20,942 nucleotides of DNA, taken from the NCBI GenBank assembly GCA_050486505.1, contig JBJHDK010000005.1, positions 1-20,942 of the forward strand, written 5' to 3'. Within the stretch, counting starts at the first letter, position 1. Every line of letters starts with the position of its first letter. Under the pieces are notes generated by a model that had not been told where the DNA came from, ran no database searches, and saw only the letters and a list, made by a program, of their open reading frames with translations. This document shows, piece after piece, positions 8,066 through 18,276 of this stretch. This stretch comes from Fibrobacteria bacterium. Its GTDB lineage: Bacteria; Fibrobacterota; Fibrobacteria; UBA11236. The position numbers and the translations under genes are program-made.

Positions 8066-8490
8066 GCGTATTTCTTGATTCTGGACGGGGTTAAGGCCCG
8101 CCGGAAGGGGATTTGCAAAGGTAGGAAACGGAGGGAGAATGAGGTAAGAGCCATGAAGTCGCCGGAGGCGACTGAATCATTTAGCCCTCACTCCGGTTTT
8201 CGAGCCTGCCCCGGCGAAGGCCGGGGGTGGGGGTCGGGGTGGGGCGAAAACGGCTTTTATGGGGGGCCGGATGGGGGCGATGCGGTGGAGGGGGTTGTGT
8301 TGGGAAGAGTCATATGACAACTCGAGTGGATCCGCCGGAAATTTGGTTGGGGGGACGGTGGGGATGAGTTATAATGGAGGGCTATATCATGGGAAACTTC
8401 TCACATTCTGTTGGGATTCGCGGGGCTTGCCGCGTTATACCATAGGGCTCTGTGTTATTCGGTTCTGATCGGGAAGATTGTTAGCCCGAA

Positions 8491-9783
8491 ATGACGTCAA
8501 GAAAACCCAAGGAAGCCAACCGCGTCATGGCAAGCAAGTCGCTGAACCAAGGTCTGGGTGCCGCTAAGGTGGCCAAGCAGGATGAGTTCTACACCCAGTA
8601 TATCGATATCCAGAAAGAGGTCGAGGCGTACCTTGAGTTCGACCCCAGCACGTTCCGTGGTAAGGTTGTCTACTGCAACTGCGACGACCCCTTCGAAAGC
8701 AATTTCTTCAAGTATTTCGCCGCGAACTTTAACAAGCTTGGCCTTAAAAGGCTTGTCTCCACTAGCTATGACGGATCTCCCATCGCAGGCCAAACAACGT
8801 TGTTCCCGGAATACGACGAGGGGAATGGTAAACGCCAAAAGCCCAAGGCGCTCGCTGTCATCCTCGATCATGTGAAAGATGAAGACGGTGATGGTGCCGC
8901 GAACATAACCGACGTCGAACTTTTTCTCAAACGGAACAAGGCCGCCAGAACAGCATTGCGGGGCACCGACACATACCCCGGTGGCGATTTCCGGAGCCCG
9001 GAGTGCGTAGCACTACTAAAAGAAGCCGATATTGTGGTCACCAACCCGCCCTTCTCGCTTTTTCGCGAGTATGTTGCCCAGCTTGTGGAGTACAGTAAGA
9101 AGTTCCTGGTTATCGGCAATGTCCAGGCGATCACCTACAAAGAGATCTTTCCACTCATCAAGGCAAACAAGCTTTGGATGGGCGTCACCATTCACAGTGG
9201 CGACCGTGAATTTCGAGTACCAGACCACTATCCATTGAACGCTGCTGGCTCGCGCATCGACGAAAATGGCGTCAAGTACATCCGCGTCAAAGGTGTTCGC
9301 TGGTGGACGAACTTGGATCATGGCCGACGCCACGAATTATTGCCCCTGATGACCATGGCGGACAACTTGAGATTCAGCAAGCACAAGGAGATCAAGGGAA
9401 AAGCGGCATACGGCCGGTACGACAACTACGACGCGATTGAAGTTCCCTTCACCGACGCAATCCCCGGCGATTACAACGAAATGATGGGAGTCCCCATCAC
9501 CTTCCTCGACAAGTACAACCCCGACCAATTCGTGATTCTGGGGATCACGCAGTCTTGGGACGGGAGCGCTTCAAAAATCTATCCCAGGCAAATCCAAGTC
9601 GACAAAAACGGTAAAAAGTCGGAAGTGACAAAACTGAATGATGGAGCGGCAACCAAGGTTGACACCCCTCCAGACGACCAGACTTACTACATCGTCGGCG
9701 GCGACTTCTTCACAAAATCCTATTGCCGCCTCCTCATCCGCCACCGCCGTCGCGCCCGGCCCACAAAGGGGACGAAAAAGTGA
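8491..9783 (+). CDS. Adenine-specific DNA methyltransferase, EcoRI family
   Basis: [37 protein letters not shown] (catalytic NPPF), [22 protein letters not shown]. The start may be ATG 8527. Confidence 0.92.
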   Translation: MTSRKPKEANRVMASKSLNQGLGAAKVAKQDEFYTQYIDIQKEVEAYLEFDPSTFRGKVVYCNCDDPFESNFFKYFAANFNKLGLKRLVSTSYDGSPIAGQTTLFPEYDEGNGKRQKPKALAVILDHVKDEDGDGAANITDVELFLKRNKAARTALRGTDTYPGGDFRSPECVALLKEADIVVTNPPFSLFREYVAQLVEYSKKFLVIGNVQAITYKEIFPLIKANKLWMGVTIHSGDREFRVPDHYPLNAAGSRIDENGVKYIRVKGVRWWTNLDHGRRHELLPLMTMADNLRFSKHKEIKGKAAYGRYDNYDAIEVPFTDAIPGDYNEMMGVPITFLDKYNPDQFVILGITQSWDGSASKIYPRQIQVDKNGKKSEVTKLNDGAATKVDTPPDDQTYYIVGGDFFTKSYCRLLIRHRRRARPTKGTKK

Positions 9784-10946
9784 AAACCACTCTGCGAACC
9801 GACATCACTGTCGCCGACATCTGCGAGGGCTTCGTGTACAACGAACTGGAAGGTAAGGGGCTGTTCGGGCTAAGCGGAATGCTCACAATTCAGCCCGAAT
9901 ACCAGCGAAATTACATCTACAAGGATGGTGATGGAAAGAGGGAGCAAGCGGTCATTCACTCGCTGCTTAAGGGGTATCCGCTCGGCCTGATTTACTTCAA
10001 TAAAGTCGGCGAGAAAGCGTTCGAGGTGCTGGATGGCCAGCAGCGAATTACCAGCATCGGTCGGTTCGTTACGAATAAGTTCGCGATCATTGACGCAGGA
10101 AATCCCAAGAACTACGACAGCCTACCCGCCGATCTGCAAGCCAAGATTCGAGACTCGAAGCTTCTGATCTATGAGTGCGAAGGCACGGAGAGCGAAATTA
10201 AGCAATGGTTTGAGACAATCAACATTGCTGGTTCGCCCCTCAACTCCCAGGAGCTTTTAAATGCGATCTACTCAGGCCCGTTCGTGACGCTTGCGAAAGC
10301 CGAGTTCAGCAATAGCAAGAACGCCAACATCCAGAAGTGGAGCGCTTATATCAAAGGCGACGTCAACCGTCAGGAGTTCTTGGAGCGGGCATTGAGTTGG
10401 GTGAGTAAAGGGGAAATCGGCGGCTACATGAGTGCCCATCGCAATGACAACAATATCAACGAGCTCAAGACCTACTTCAATAGTGTGATCGACTGGATTT
10501 CGGGCGTCTTTAATGATGTCGAGAGTGAAATGCGGGGGCTTGAGTGGGGCCGGCTTTACGAGGAATACCATTCAAAATCATATGATCCGACTAAAGTGTC
10601 TGCAGAAGTGAGGCGGCTTTATGGTGATCCGTACGTCAAGAATCGCCGTGGTATCTTCGAATACATTCTTGGTGGCCTTAAAGATTCGAATCTTTTGGGC
10701 GTACGCGTGTTCGATGATGCAACAAAGAAATCTGTCTACGCCAAGCAGACTAAAGCTGCCGAAGCCAGCGGAATATCAAATTGTCCGCTTTGTGCAGTTG
10801 GCCATTCTGCCAACAAGAGCAAGATATGGAAGTCCTCCGAAATGGACGCTGACCACGTTTCCGCATGGAGTAAAGGTGGTGAAAGCTCAGCCGAAAACTG
10901 CCAAATGCTCTGTGTTACCCACAATCGATCCAAAGGCAATCGATAA
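9780..10946 (+). CDS. DUF262 (GmrS-like) plus C-terminal HNH nuclease; probable restriction partner of the MTase
   Basis: GTG at 9780 overlaps the MTase TGA. Motifs [20 protein letters not shown], then [26 protein letters not shown]. Confidence 0.88.
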   Translation: MKTTLRTDITVADICEGFVYNELEGKGLFGLSGMLTIQPEYQRNYIYKDGDGKREQAVIHSLLKGYPLGLIYFNKVGEKAFEVLDGQQRITSIGRFVTNKFAIIDAGNPKNYDSLPADLQAKIRDSKLLIYECEGTESEIKQWFETINIAGSPLNSQELLNAIYSGPFVTLAKAEFSNSKNANIQKWSAYIKGDVNRQEFLERALSWVSKGEIGGYMSAHRNDNNINELKTYFNSVIDWISGVFNDVESEMRGLEWGRLYEEYHSKSYDPTKVSAEVRRLYGDPYVKNRRGIFEYILGGLKDSNLLGVRVFDDATKKSVYAKQTKAAEASGISNCPLCAVGHSANKSKIWKSSEMDADHVSAWSKGGESSAENCQMLCVTHNRSKGNR

Positions 10947-11117
10947 ACTGCGAGTTTCACGTCTCGCCTAGTGCAGCAAGGGCTGAAAGCAGGAACCGGC
11001 GAACGATCTATTGCTGTGCAAGACTCACAATAGCCGGGCATTAGGGGGCAGGCTCAGCCTGTGTGCTAGTGCTTGAGCTTTCAGATGGGCGTCAAATGCC
11101 ATACGAGGATTCATCCG

Positions 11118-13289
11118 ATGAGGTTAACTGAACTATCGATTACGAATTACCGGGCGCTTCGGGATGTGACGATTCCTCTTTCCCGTTTTGGTTGTCTAAT
11201 CGGTGAGAACAATTCGGGTAAGTCCACCTTCTTGCAGGCGTTGGCTTTGTTTTTCTCTGGCAACAAGTTGGGGCCTTCCCATTTCTTCGACGAGGCCGAA
11301 CCTATCCGCATCGCAGTAACTTTCGATGATATCGGTGAGGCAAACTTGGCCCGACTGGCAGATGAGCACCGTACAAGGCTTGCTGGGATCGTTAAAAATG
11401 GCCGCATTGTTCTCGTCCGTACCTACGACACCACTGGGAAGAGCTCACTGCTCTATAACACGCTGACACCTAACGACGCTCGTTTTTCTGCGGAGAATAT
11501 TGCCAACCTTGTGAAGGGCGGTCGTCCAGGGCAAGCCTTTGTCACCAAAGTGGTGAACGAATTCCCGGAACTGACCGGCATCGTTGATGCGACCATGAGT
11601 CAGGAAGTCGTCAAGCAAAAGATTCAGGAACTTGCAGACTCATTACCAGATGATCAGAAGGCTCCTGCCGATCAGGCGCTGCCCACCGGCATTGATAAAA
11701 GTATCCAACCGATGCTGCCTGACCCGATCTACATCCCGGCGGTTAAGGACCTCGCCGATGACATCAAGACAACCGAGAGTACCCCATTTGGAAAAATTTT
11801 AGCCATCTTGCTTCAGGCGGTTGAGCCGAAATTGCCGGATGCCAAGAAGCTCTTCGAGGAACTCAACACCAAGCTCAATCTTGTCCAGCAGCCTGACGGG
11901 ACGGTCGTGGATGGACGGCTCGACGAAGTGAAGTTGATCGAGTCCACCGTCGAAAAGTATGTTCGCGAGAGTTTTTCTGATGTGGCACTTCGCATCGCCA
12001 TACCGCCTCCGGAGTTGAAGACCGTATTCTCGTCAGCGCGCATTTATGCTAATGATGGCGTAGACGGCCTGATCGACTCCAAGGGTGATGGTCTGCGTCG
12101 CGCAATCATTTTCTCCATTCTGCGATCCTACGTAGAACTCAAAACAAGGCTTGCACCAATCGCGGCGTCAGACGAAGCACCTGCCCAAGCTGCCGAACCG
12201 ACGCAGCCCCAGGTGGAACCCGCTCCCGCATCTTATCTACTGTTGTTCGAAGAACCCGAGTTGTTCCTTCACCCCAAGGCACAGCACACCCTTTTCGATG
12301 CTCTCCGTGTGTTCGCCAAGGAACACCACGTTCTCGTTACCACGCACTCCCCGATGTTTTTTGATCCCAGTGCAACCGAGACGTTCGTCAAGCTGCGGAA
12401 GGAGTCGAATGCTGCGATAGCATCTAGGCCATACACCCAGGTTCAGCCCGTTGATCTGTCTGACATGACCGCCAAGGATCAGTTCCAGATCATCTGCTTC
12501 GAGAATAACAATGCAGCCTTCTTCGCGGACACAGTAGTGCTTGTCGAAGGTGATAGTGACTACCTCCTCATGCCGCACATCGCCAGAACCCTTAATTCCT
12601 CGTGGGATGTTGCGCAGGTACCGTTGCTGTTCGCTCGCATCACAGGCAAAGGAAACATTCGGCGATACCGTGAGTTTTTCACGCGCTTTGGTGTTAGGGT
12701 GCCGGTCATTGCCGACCTCGACTTGTTGGTAAATGGTTTCGACCATATCGCTCCCACCGAATCGGCGAAAACCGCGAGGGCCAATCTTCTCGCAACGGTC
12801 GATGCGCTGATCGTGCCAGATACCAACGGCCCATCTGCGCGAGAAGCCAGAGCTGCTCACGAATCTGGCGAATTGCGGGGCCTCTGGCGAAAGGTCAGAG
12901 ATTCCCAGGCCGCTTTTCAGGCCGGTACCTGTACGCAAGCGGAGCATGATGAAGCTGTGGAGTCATTCTTCGCATGGCAGCGCAAGGCGGATCGGCTCAC
13001 CGTCCTCCAGTCTAACACCGATGAGGCGATGCTTCGATTGAAGTACGAGTTGCTAGAGATTCTGCGGGGGTTCGACGTCTATGTTCTTGAACGCGGCGCG
13101 ATCGAGCAGTACTACCCGGACACCATCACGGGGGCGGATAAGCCATCCCTTGCGCAGGACTTCTGTACCAAGGTCGCGACACGAGAAGATATTCTTGCCT
13201 GTTGTGGTGATCAGCCAGTAGGGGACGGCGTCACGCGTGTTAAAGAGTTTGATCTCATCTTCAGTCGGATATTCAATGGAAATAGTTGA
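11118..13289 (+). CDS. OLD-family ATP-dependent nuclease (ABC ATPase + TOPRIM)
   Basis: ATG 11118 with GAGG RBS; Walker A GENNSGKST, signature KGDGLRR, Walker B LLFEEPE, H-loop TTHSP, TOPRIM VEGDSD and DLD. Confidence 0.9.
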   Translation: MRLTELSITNYRALRDVTIPLSRFGCLIGENNSGKSTFLQALALFFSGNKLGPSHFFDEAEPIRIAVTFDDIGEANLARLADEHRTRLAGIVKNGRIVLVRTYDTTGKSSLLYNTLTPNDARFSAENIANLVKGGRPGQAFVTKVVNEFPELTGIVDATMSQEVVKQKIQELADSLPDDQKAPADQALPTGIDKSIQPMLPDPIYIPAVKDLADDIKTTESTPFGKILAILLQAVEPKLPDAKKLFEELNTKLNLVQQPDGTVVDGRLDEVKLIESTVEKYVRESFSDVALRIAIPPPELKTVFSSARIYANDGVDGLIDSKGDGLRRAIIFSILRSYVELKTRLAPIAASDEAPAQAAEPTQPQVEPAPASYLLLFEEPELFLHPKAQHTLFDALRVFAKEHHVLVTTHSPMFFDPSATETFVKLRKESNAAIASRPYTQVQPVDLSDMTAKDQFQIICFENNNAAFFADTVVLVEGDSDYLLMPHIARTLNSSWDVAQVPLLFARITGKGNIRRYREFFTRFGVRVPVIADLDLLVNGFDHIAPTESAKTARANLLATVDALIVPDTNGPSAREARAAHESGELRGLWRKVRDSQAAFQAGTCTQAEHDEAVESFFAWQRKADRLTVLQSNTDEAMLRLKYELLEILRGFDVYVLERGAIEQYYPDTITGADKPSLAQDFCTKVATREDILACCGDQPVGDGVTRVKEFDLIFSRIFNGNS

Positions 13290-13405
13290 AGACGCGTAGT
13301 TGCCGACACCTAACAATATCATGTAGAGGGCGGTTCTACGCGCAACGACAGGAAAGAATGCTGGCCTTCGCTCAGACGAAGGACAAAATTGAAGGATAAC
13401 TAGCC

Positions 13406-14728
13406 ATGCATGAAATCATCTGTCCGCATTGCAACAAAGCATTCAAAATCGATGAAGCTGGATATGCCGACATACTCAAGCAGGTTCGTGATCACGAGTT
13501 TGAGCAGCAGTTGCACGAACGACTCGAGTTGGCCGAACAGGACAAGCTGAATGCCGTTGAGCTCGCGACAACCAAGGTCACCAGCGAATTAGAGAAGGCA
13601 GCCGCAGCCAAGGATTCTGAGATTGAGAAACTGAACGCCAGGCTCGATGCTGGTGAGATCGCAAAAGAACTCGCCGTAGCTCAAGCGCTAAGTGACGTGG
13701 AAAAAGAGCGAGATAGACTCGCGAACGAACTCAAGCAAGTAGAGCGTGACAATCAGGCCGCTTCTCAACTTTTCGAGGCGAAGCTTGCAAATGAATTGCA
13801 GAAAGCAGCTGCAACCAAAGAATCAGAAATTCAGGAGTTGAAGAACGACCTTGAGCGTGAAAAGCTTGAAAAACAGCTCGCCGAGACGGCGCTCAAAGAC
13901 AAGTACGAGACGCAGATAAAGGATAAAGAAAAAGAGATAGAGCGTTACCGAGACATGAAGGCACGCCTATCGACCAAGATGGTTGGAGAAACCCTTGAGC
14001 AGCACTGCGAGATCGAGTTCAATCGTATTCGTGCGACCGCGTTTCCGAGAGCCTTTTTCGAGAAAGACAACGATGCGCGGACAGGGAGTAAGGGGGATTA
14101 CATCTTTCGTGACTCGGTTGAGGACGGCACCGAAGTCCTATCAATCATGTTCGAGATGAAAAACGAGAGTGACGAAACAGCTACCAAGAAGAAAAACGAA
14201 GACTTTCTCAAAGAGCTCGACAAAGACCGTACCGAGAAGGGTTGTGAATACGCCGTCCTGGTTTCACTTCTTGAGCCTGATAGCGAGCTTTACAATTCCG
14301 GCATAGTTGATGTGTCGCACCGTCATCAGAAGATGTATGTCGTCCGGCCGCAATTCTTCATCCCGATTATTTCGGTGCTGCGAAACGCCGCTCAGAACTC
14401 ACTCAAGTATAAAACTGAGCTCGCGTTAGTGAAATCGCAAAACATTGATATCACGACCTTCGAGAACGATCTCGAGGCGTTTAAGACAGGCTTCGCTCGG
14501 AATTACGAACTGGCGTCCAAAAAGTTTAAGACGGCTATTGAGGAGATCGACAAAACCATCGACCATCTTCAAAAGACCAAAGATGCGCTACTCGGTTCTG
14601 AAAATAATCTCCGCCTTGCCAATAACAAAGCTGATGATTTGACCGTCAAGAAACTGACTAAGGGTAACCCCACAATGGCCGCAAAGTTTGCTGAGCTTAA
14701 GAACGATGAGGTGCCCGAAGTCGAATGA
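13406..14728 (+). CDS. DUF2130-family coiled-coil protein
   Basis: IICPHC N-terminus, long coiled coil, [39 protein letters not shown]. Confidence 0.88.
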   Translation: MHEIICPHCNKAFKIDEAGYADILKQVRDHEFEQQLHERLELAEQDKLNAVELATTKVTSELEKAAAAKDSEIEKLNARLDAGEIAKELAVAQALSDVEKERDRLANELKQVERDNQAASQLFEAKLANELQKAAATKESEIQELKNDLEREKLEKQLAETALKDKYETQIKDKEKEIERYRDMKARLSTKMVGETLEQHCEIEFNRIRATAFPRAFFEKDNDARTGSKGDYIFRDSVEDGTEVLSIMFEMKNESDETATKKKNEDFLKELDKDRTEKGCEYAVLVSLLEPDSELYNSGIVDVSHRHQKMYVVRPQFFIPIISVLRNAAQNSLKYKTELALVKSQNIDITTFENDLEAFKTGFARNYELASKKFKTAIEEIDKTIDHLQKTKDALLGSENNLRLANNKADDLTVKKLTKGNPTMAAKFAELKNDEVPEVE

Positions 14729-14765
14729 AATGAGTCGTGCCCGCATCTCCGCTGAAGAGGTTGAC

Positions 14766-14822
14766 GGGTAGCAAGTCATTACTGGCGACCGGCTAGGCCG
14801 GTGCCATATCTCGACGTTAGGT
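14766..14822 (+). mobile_element. Degenerate integron attC site (57 bp)
   Basis: GGGTAGC (R''-like, AAC changed to AGC)-AAGTC-ATTAC-TGGC(G)ACCGGC TAG GCCGGT GCCA-TATCTCGAC-GTTAGGT (R' = GTTRRRY). Lies between two co-oriented genes. Confidence 0.6.
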
Positions 14823-14841
14823 AGTCGCTTGGAGATATGAG

Positions 14842-15192
14842 ATGGGACTCCGATTCCGCATAGGTCCGTTCACGTTCGGCCGCACAGGCACGCGTTTGAG
14901 TCTGTGGTCCCGCGGGTCGGCCATCTCTATCCCTTTTTTCAAGAAGAAAGGCCGCACTTTCGGCAAGATCGGCTTCGGTCCGTTCAGCTGGCATTTCGGT
15001 GGATCGCGTCGAAAGAAGGCAGATGAAACGCAATCACAAGACAAAAGCGCGAAGGGTGCGTGGAGAAACAATCCCGCTACTGAACGGCAAAAGCGCTTTG
15101 CCGATGATCTGGGCATTCGATATCCGGAATCCGTAACCAGAGGCGAACTATCAGACGTGATTTCCAAGGTGACAGGGAAGCAACGAAAATGA
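14842..15192 (+). CDS. Small basic hypothetical protein (DUF4236-like N-terminus)
   Basis: MGLRFRIGPFTFGRTGTRLSLW start, C-terminal PATERQKRFADDLGI..TRGELSDVI motif, GGAG RBS; directly follows the attC-like site. Confidence 0.6.
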   Translation: MGLRFRIGPFTFGRTGTRLSLWSRGSAISIPFFKKKGRTFGKIGFGPFSWHFGGSRRKKADETQSQDKSAKGAWRNNPATERQKRFADDLGIRYPESVTRGELSDVISKVTGKQRK

Positions 15193-15310
15193 TTCGTTTA
15201 TGCCCAACAGTGCGCTCTACCGGATATCGTTATCCACCTACGCATTACGGTGTTCACGGACGCCACGCTGGACAACTTCGTATCCTTCCCGTGACGAGGA
15301 GGGAAACAAA

Positions 15311-16018
15311 ATGAAATCCATCTACACCTTCGCAACCGCAAGCATCCTCACCCTGGGCGCGATGGGCTGCGACATCCTGACTTCTGACGACCCGAATTCC
15401 GAAGATTTCCGTTTCGGATACAGCTACAACCTTATTGTAAGTGACAGCCTGCCACGCTTGCAAGGCGACTCCCTCTACGTCCAGGTCAGCTACAGCGGCT
15501 GCGGGCCCGGCCACGCGTTCACGCTCGAGTCTTCCCAAGCCGGCCCGTCTTCATATGAAATCTGGTTATTCAAAGAGAATGCAGAGGATTGTCTCGCCGC
15601 ATTAGGCGAAACGCGCGCGTTCAAGGTTCCGGATGAGGTCAGGGACGCCCAATCAGTTGAGCTCGTTACCCCCACCAACGAGCGGATCGAGTTGATTCCG
15701 GAGCCCACAGAGGACGGCGATACCAACCGTTTCGGATACAGTTATACCCTTATCGAAGGAGACGGCTTGCCGCGCCTGCAAGGTGATTCCCTTTATGTCA
15801 CGTTGGGCTATACCTGCGCTGCGTCGTTCACGCTTCGGCATATGGAAACCGGTGATTCGTCCTATGAGATCTGGTTGCATAACGCCGGGACGATGTTGGC
15901 TTGCGCGGTTCCGGTGATCGACAGCGCGAGGGCGTTCAAGGTTCCCGATGAGGTCAGGGACGCCCAGTCCGTTGAGCTCATTGCCCCCACAAACGAACGG
16001 ATCGAGTTGAAGAACTAG
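15311..16018 (+). CDS. Lipoprotein paralogue 1 (signal peptide + B + B repeat domains)
   Basis: GAGGAGG RBS, signal peptide with lipobox GAMGC, two ~105-aa repeats RFGYSY..LQGDSLYV..C..YEIWL..C..RAFKVPDEVRDAQSV..ERIEL. Confidence 0.85.
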   Translation: MKSIYTFATASILTLGAMGCDILTSDDPNSEDFRFGYSYNLIVSDSLPRLQGDSLYVQVSYSGCGPGHAFTLESSQAGPSSYEIWLFKENAEDCLAALGETRAFKVPDEVRDAQSVELVTPTNERIELIPEPTEDGDTNRFGYSYTLIEGDGLPRLQGDSLYVTLGYTCAASFTLRHMETGDSSYEIWLHNAGTMLACAVPVIDSARAFKVPDEVRDAQSVELIAPTNERIELKN

Positions 16019-16083
16019 AGGTGCCCTCAAAGTGCCCTGATGCCCTCAAGGCGCGCGGCGATTCCACCGAGCCCCCCATCACG

Positions 16084-16109
16084 GCACCGACCGCACAGAA
16101 ACGCCCCCG
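16084..16109 (+). repeat. Junction repeat copy 1 (GCACCGACCGCRCAGAAACGCCCCCG)
   Basis: Direct repeat also at 16820, 17534, 18409 and 19479, each preceded by a C-rich CCCC-CAYCAC-like tract. Confidence 0.9.
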
Positions 16110-16140
16110 TCACGTACTCCCTTGGCCGGATCCGAATTTA

Positions 16141-16291
16141 TGCAACAGCTTGTTGCACAATTGCCGCACGCGTCGTGTGCAACTCCGCGCAGCTTTCGCT
16201 GTCACATCCATCTCACTCTTTCGGATCCCAGCCAGCCACTTTCCCCCCAAAGCCAAAATTCCCCCACGTCAACTGCTGGCACACGAATTGC
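16141..16291 (+). promoter_or_regulatory. sigma54 (-24/-12) promoter with upstream palindromic enhancer-like sites
   Basis: TGGCAC-ACGAA-TTGC at 16277-16291. Upstream are TGCAACA-GCT-TGTTGCA (16141-16157) and GTTGCACA/TGTGCAAC (16152-16183). Confidence 0.65.
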
Positions 16292-16396
16292 CGCGGTATC
16301 CGAAAAAGGAATCGCACCATGGCACAAAAACACCTCAACTCAGTCAGACTTACCCCCCCGGCATCGGCACCAACCGGATTATTAGCTTATCCCGGT

Positions 16397-16690
16397 ATGA
16401 AAACCCTCGAAGCGGATGTGAAAGTCGGAGCCGACGGCAGCCTGAAGCTGCTCGTGCCCCTGCCGGCTTGGCTCAAGCCGGGCCGCCGCCATGTCGTGCT
16501 CGTAGTTGATGATTCGGCACCCAGCGCAAGAGCAAAAGTGTCGGCGAAGGTCTCGGCAGTGCCGTCAAAGAAGGCGAACGCCAAACGCTCCAACCCCGTT
16601 GATGCTCTTCGTAAAATCGCCCGCAAAGGCGGGGTTGGCATTAAGGACCCCGTCGCCTGGCAGCGGGAAGAGCGTCGTGACCGCTTTTAG
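16397..16690 (+). CDS. Putative antitoxin (DPVAWQRE-type); alternative in-frame start at 16319
   Basis: MKTLEADVKVGADGSLKL..P..HVVLVVD N-terminus and IKDPVAWQREERRDR C-terminus, a type I recall preceding PIN toxins; followed by a PIN remnant. Confidence 0.7.
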   Translation: MKTLEADVKVGADGSLKLLVPLPAWLKPGRRHVVLVVDDSAPSARAKVSAKVSAVPSKKANAKRSNPVDALRKIARKGGVGIKDPVAWQREERRDRF

Positions 16691-16779
16691 AGAATGCCAT
16701 TCCACTTGTGACGCGAAACACCAAAGATTTTAGACACATTCCGAACCTTGAACTCGTGAATCCTTTCGACGAATTCTAA
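16687..16779 (+). pseudogene. C-terminal remnant of a VapC/PIN toxin
   Basis: Hand translation LENAIPLVTRNTKDFRHIPNLELVNPFDEF* matches the PIN C-terminus (LVTRNxKDF..NP). No start codon or N-terminal part is present. Confidence 0.8.
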
Positions 16780-16819
16780 GAGACATTCGGTCGCAGCCGT
16801 CAAAACCACCCCAACCACC

Positions 16820-16845
16820 GCACCGACCGCGCAGAAACGCCACCG
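16820..16845 (+). repeat. Junction repeat copy 2
   Basis: GCACCGACCGCGCAGAAACGCCACCG, followed by the lipoprotein promoter/RBS block. Confidence 0.9.
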
Positions 16846-16888
16846 CAAATTCGTATTGTATTCTTCCTGTGACGAGGAGGGAAATACA

Positions 16889-17488
16889 ATGAAACACCTC
16901 TACTCCCTTGCGGCCGCAATCACCCTCGCCTTGGTTGCGATCAGCTGCGACATCCTGCCTTCCGGCGAAAACCCTGATTCCCAAAACATTCGCTTCGTGC
17001 CCGGTGAGCTTCTCGTCGAAATGAACCAGGGATACACCTCCAATGACCTGGACTCCCTGTTGGCGGGTCTCGAACCCGAGCGCAGTGGAGGCTTCATTCC
17101 GGGGGTCATCCGCGTTGTCGTCCCCGAAGGCCGGGAGACACATTGGGCCGCGCTTCTGGACAACGAAGAAATCATCCGCGCCGCGCGGATCAACCGTTTC
17201 GGATACAGCTACAACTTTATTGCAAGCGACAGCCTGCCACGTTTGCAAGGCGACTCGCTCTACGTCCAGGTCGGCTACAGCGGCTGTTCACCCGGCCATG
17301 ACTTTACGCTCGAGCATTCCCAAACCGGCGCGTCTTCTTTTAAAGTCTGGCTGTTCAAGGAGTATGAAGAGTTTTGTCGTGCCGCCTTTGTCGAAGTGCG
17401 CGCGTTCGAGGTTCCGGATGAAGTCAGGGACGCCCAATCGGTTCAACTCATCAAGCCCCTCGATGAACGGATTGAGTTGAAGAACTAG
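16889..17488 (+). CDS. Lipoprotein paralogue 2 (signal peptide + A + B domains)
   Basis: GAGGAGG RBS, lipobox VAISC, A domain IRFVPGELLVEMN..., one B repeat ending ERIELKN. Confidence 0.85.
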   Translation: MKHLYSLAAAITLALVAISCDILPSGENPDSQNIRFVPGELLVEMNQGYTSNDLDSLLAGLEPERSGGFIPGVIRVVVPEGRETHWAALLDNEEIIRAARINRFGYSYNFIASDSLPRLQGDSLYVQVGYSGCSPGHDFTLEHSQTGASSFKVWLFKEYEEFCRAAFVEVRAFEVPDEVRDAQSVQLIKPLDERIELKN

Positions 17489-17533
17489 AGGTACCCTTAG
17501 GGGGGCGGCGATTTCACCGAGCCCCCCACCAAC

Positions 17534-17558
17534 GCACCGACCGCACAGAAACGCCCCG
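17534..17558 (+). repeat. Junction repeat copy 3
   Basis: GCACCGACCGCACAGAAACGCCCCG. Confidence 0.9.
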
Positions 17559-17724
17559 TCAAGGTTTTGCGCCTTTTTTACACTATTTCATTTATTTCCG
17601 ATTAAATGATTCGTGAAAAGAATCCGTGGGCCGACAGGGACATCCATTGATGAATCGGAAACGGTCAAGTATTTTCAGCCCCGAAACAGCAGACCTTGAA
17701 GGTTGTATTTCAAGGAACTTGATC

Positions 17725-17913
17725 ATGGCCAAACCGATTGCACCCACGCCTCCGATCACCGGAAAAGCCGCCATCGCCTTCAACGCAAAGGCGGATCGTA
17801 TTGCGCGTGGTGAAATCACGGATGCCGAGCGCAAGGCTGCTGCCGATCTCTTCGATCGCGTCTTCGCATCCTACCGTCCCTCCCAGCTCCCTCGCCGCAC
17901 AGACACGCAATAA
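17725..17913 (+). CDS. Small putative antitoxin of a GNAT toxin
   Basis: AAGGA RBS; MAKPIAPTPPITGKAAIAF resembles the MAKPIxxTPxLxGxxAxxF small proteins found before GNAT genes. Confidence 0.65.
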   Translation: MAKPIAPTPPITGKAAIAFNAKADRIARGEITDAERKAAADLFDRVFASYRPSQLPRRTDTQ

Positions 17914-18276
17914 TCTGCCAAGCTCGCAAGATTAGGGGTCGCCAAAACACATCAGGGAAAAATGATCGGATCCTGGATCATTGAGTTCCTGAAGGCCTAC
18001 TTTCTCCTGAACAACAAAACCGGGTGTCGCTACTTGACTGTGGACGCCTATCCGCATCGGACCAAGTTCTACGAAAGCAACGGTTTCACCAGATTCGGCC
18101 CGATGTCCCCCGATCCTCAAGCCGAATACATCCACATGGAGTACGACCTCAAGATCACCAAGGACCTGTATGATGGGGATCCCGCAAGGCTGGAGCTCGC
18201 AAAAGCCATGATCAACGAAACCCTGAGCCTCGATGGTTTCGGTTTGGCATTAGCGCGCGTTCAAGGTTCCGGATGA
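17914..18276 (+). pseudogene. 5'-truncated GNAT acetyltransferase toxin
   Basis: Frame opens right after TAA 17911-17913: SAKLARLGVAKTHQGKMIGS..KTGCRYLTVDAY..FYESNGF (acetyl-CoA motifs). The N-terminal half is missing and the 3' end runs into a lipoprotein remnant. Confidence 0.75.

Noticed and set aside
5477..8317. 946-aa plus-strand ORF
   Set aside because: Antisense shadow of the well-supported radical SAM gene, expected from high-GC codon bias; no recognisable motifs.
11118..13289. Gabija (GajA) system call
   Set aside because: No adjacent GajB/UvrD helicase.
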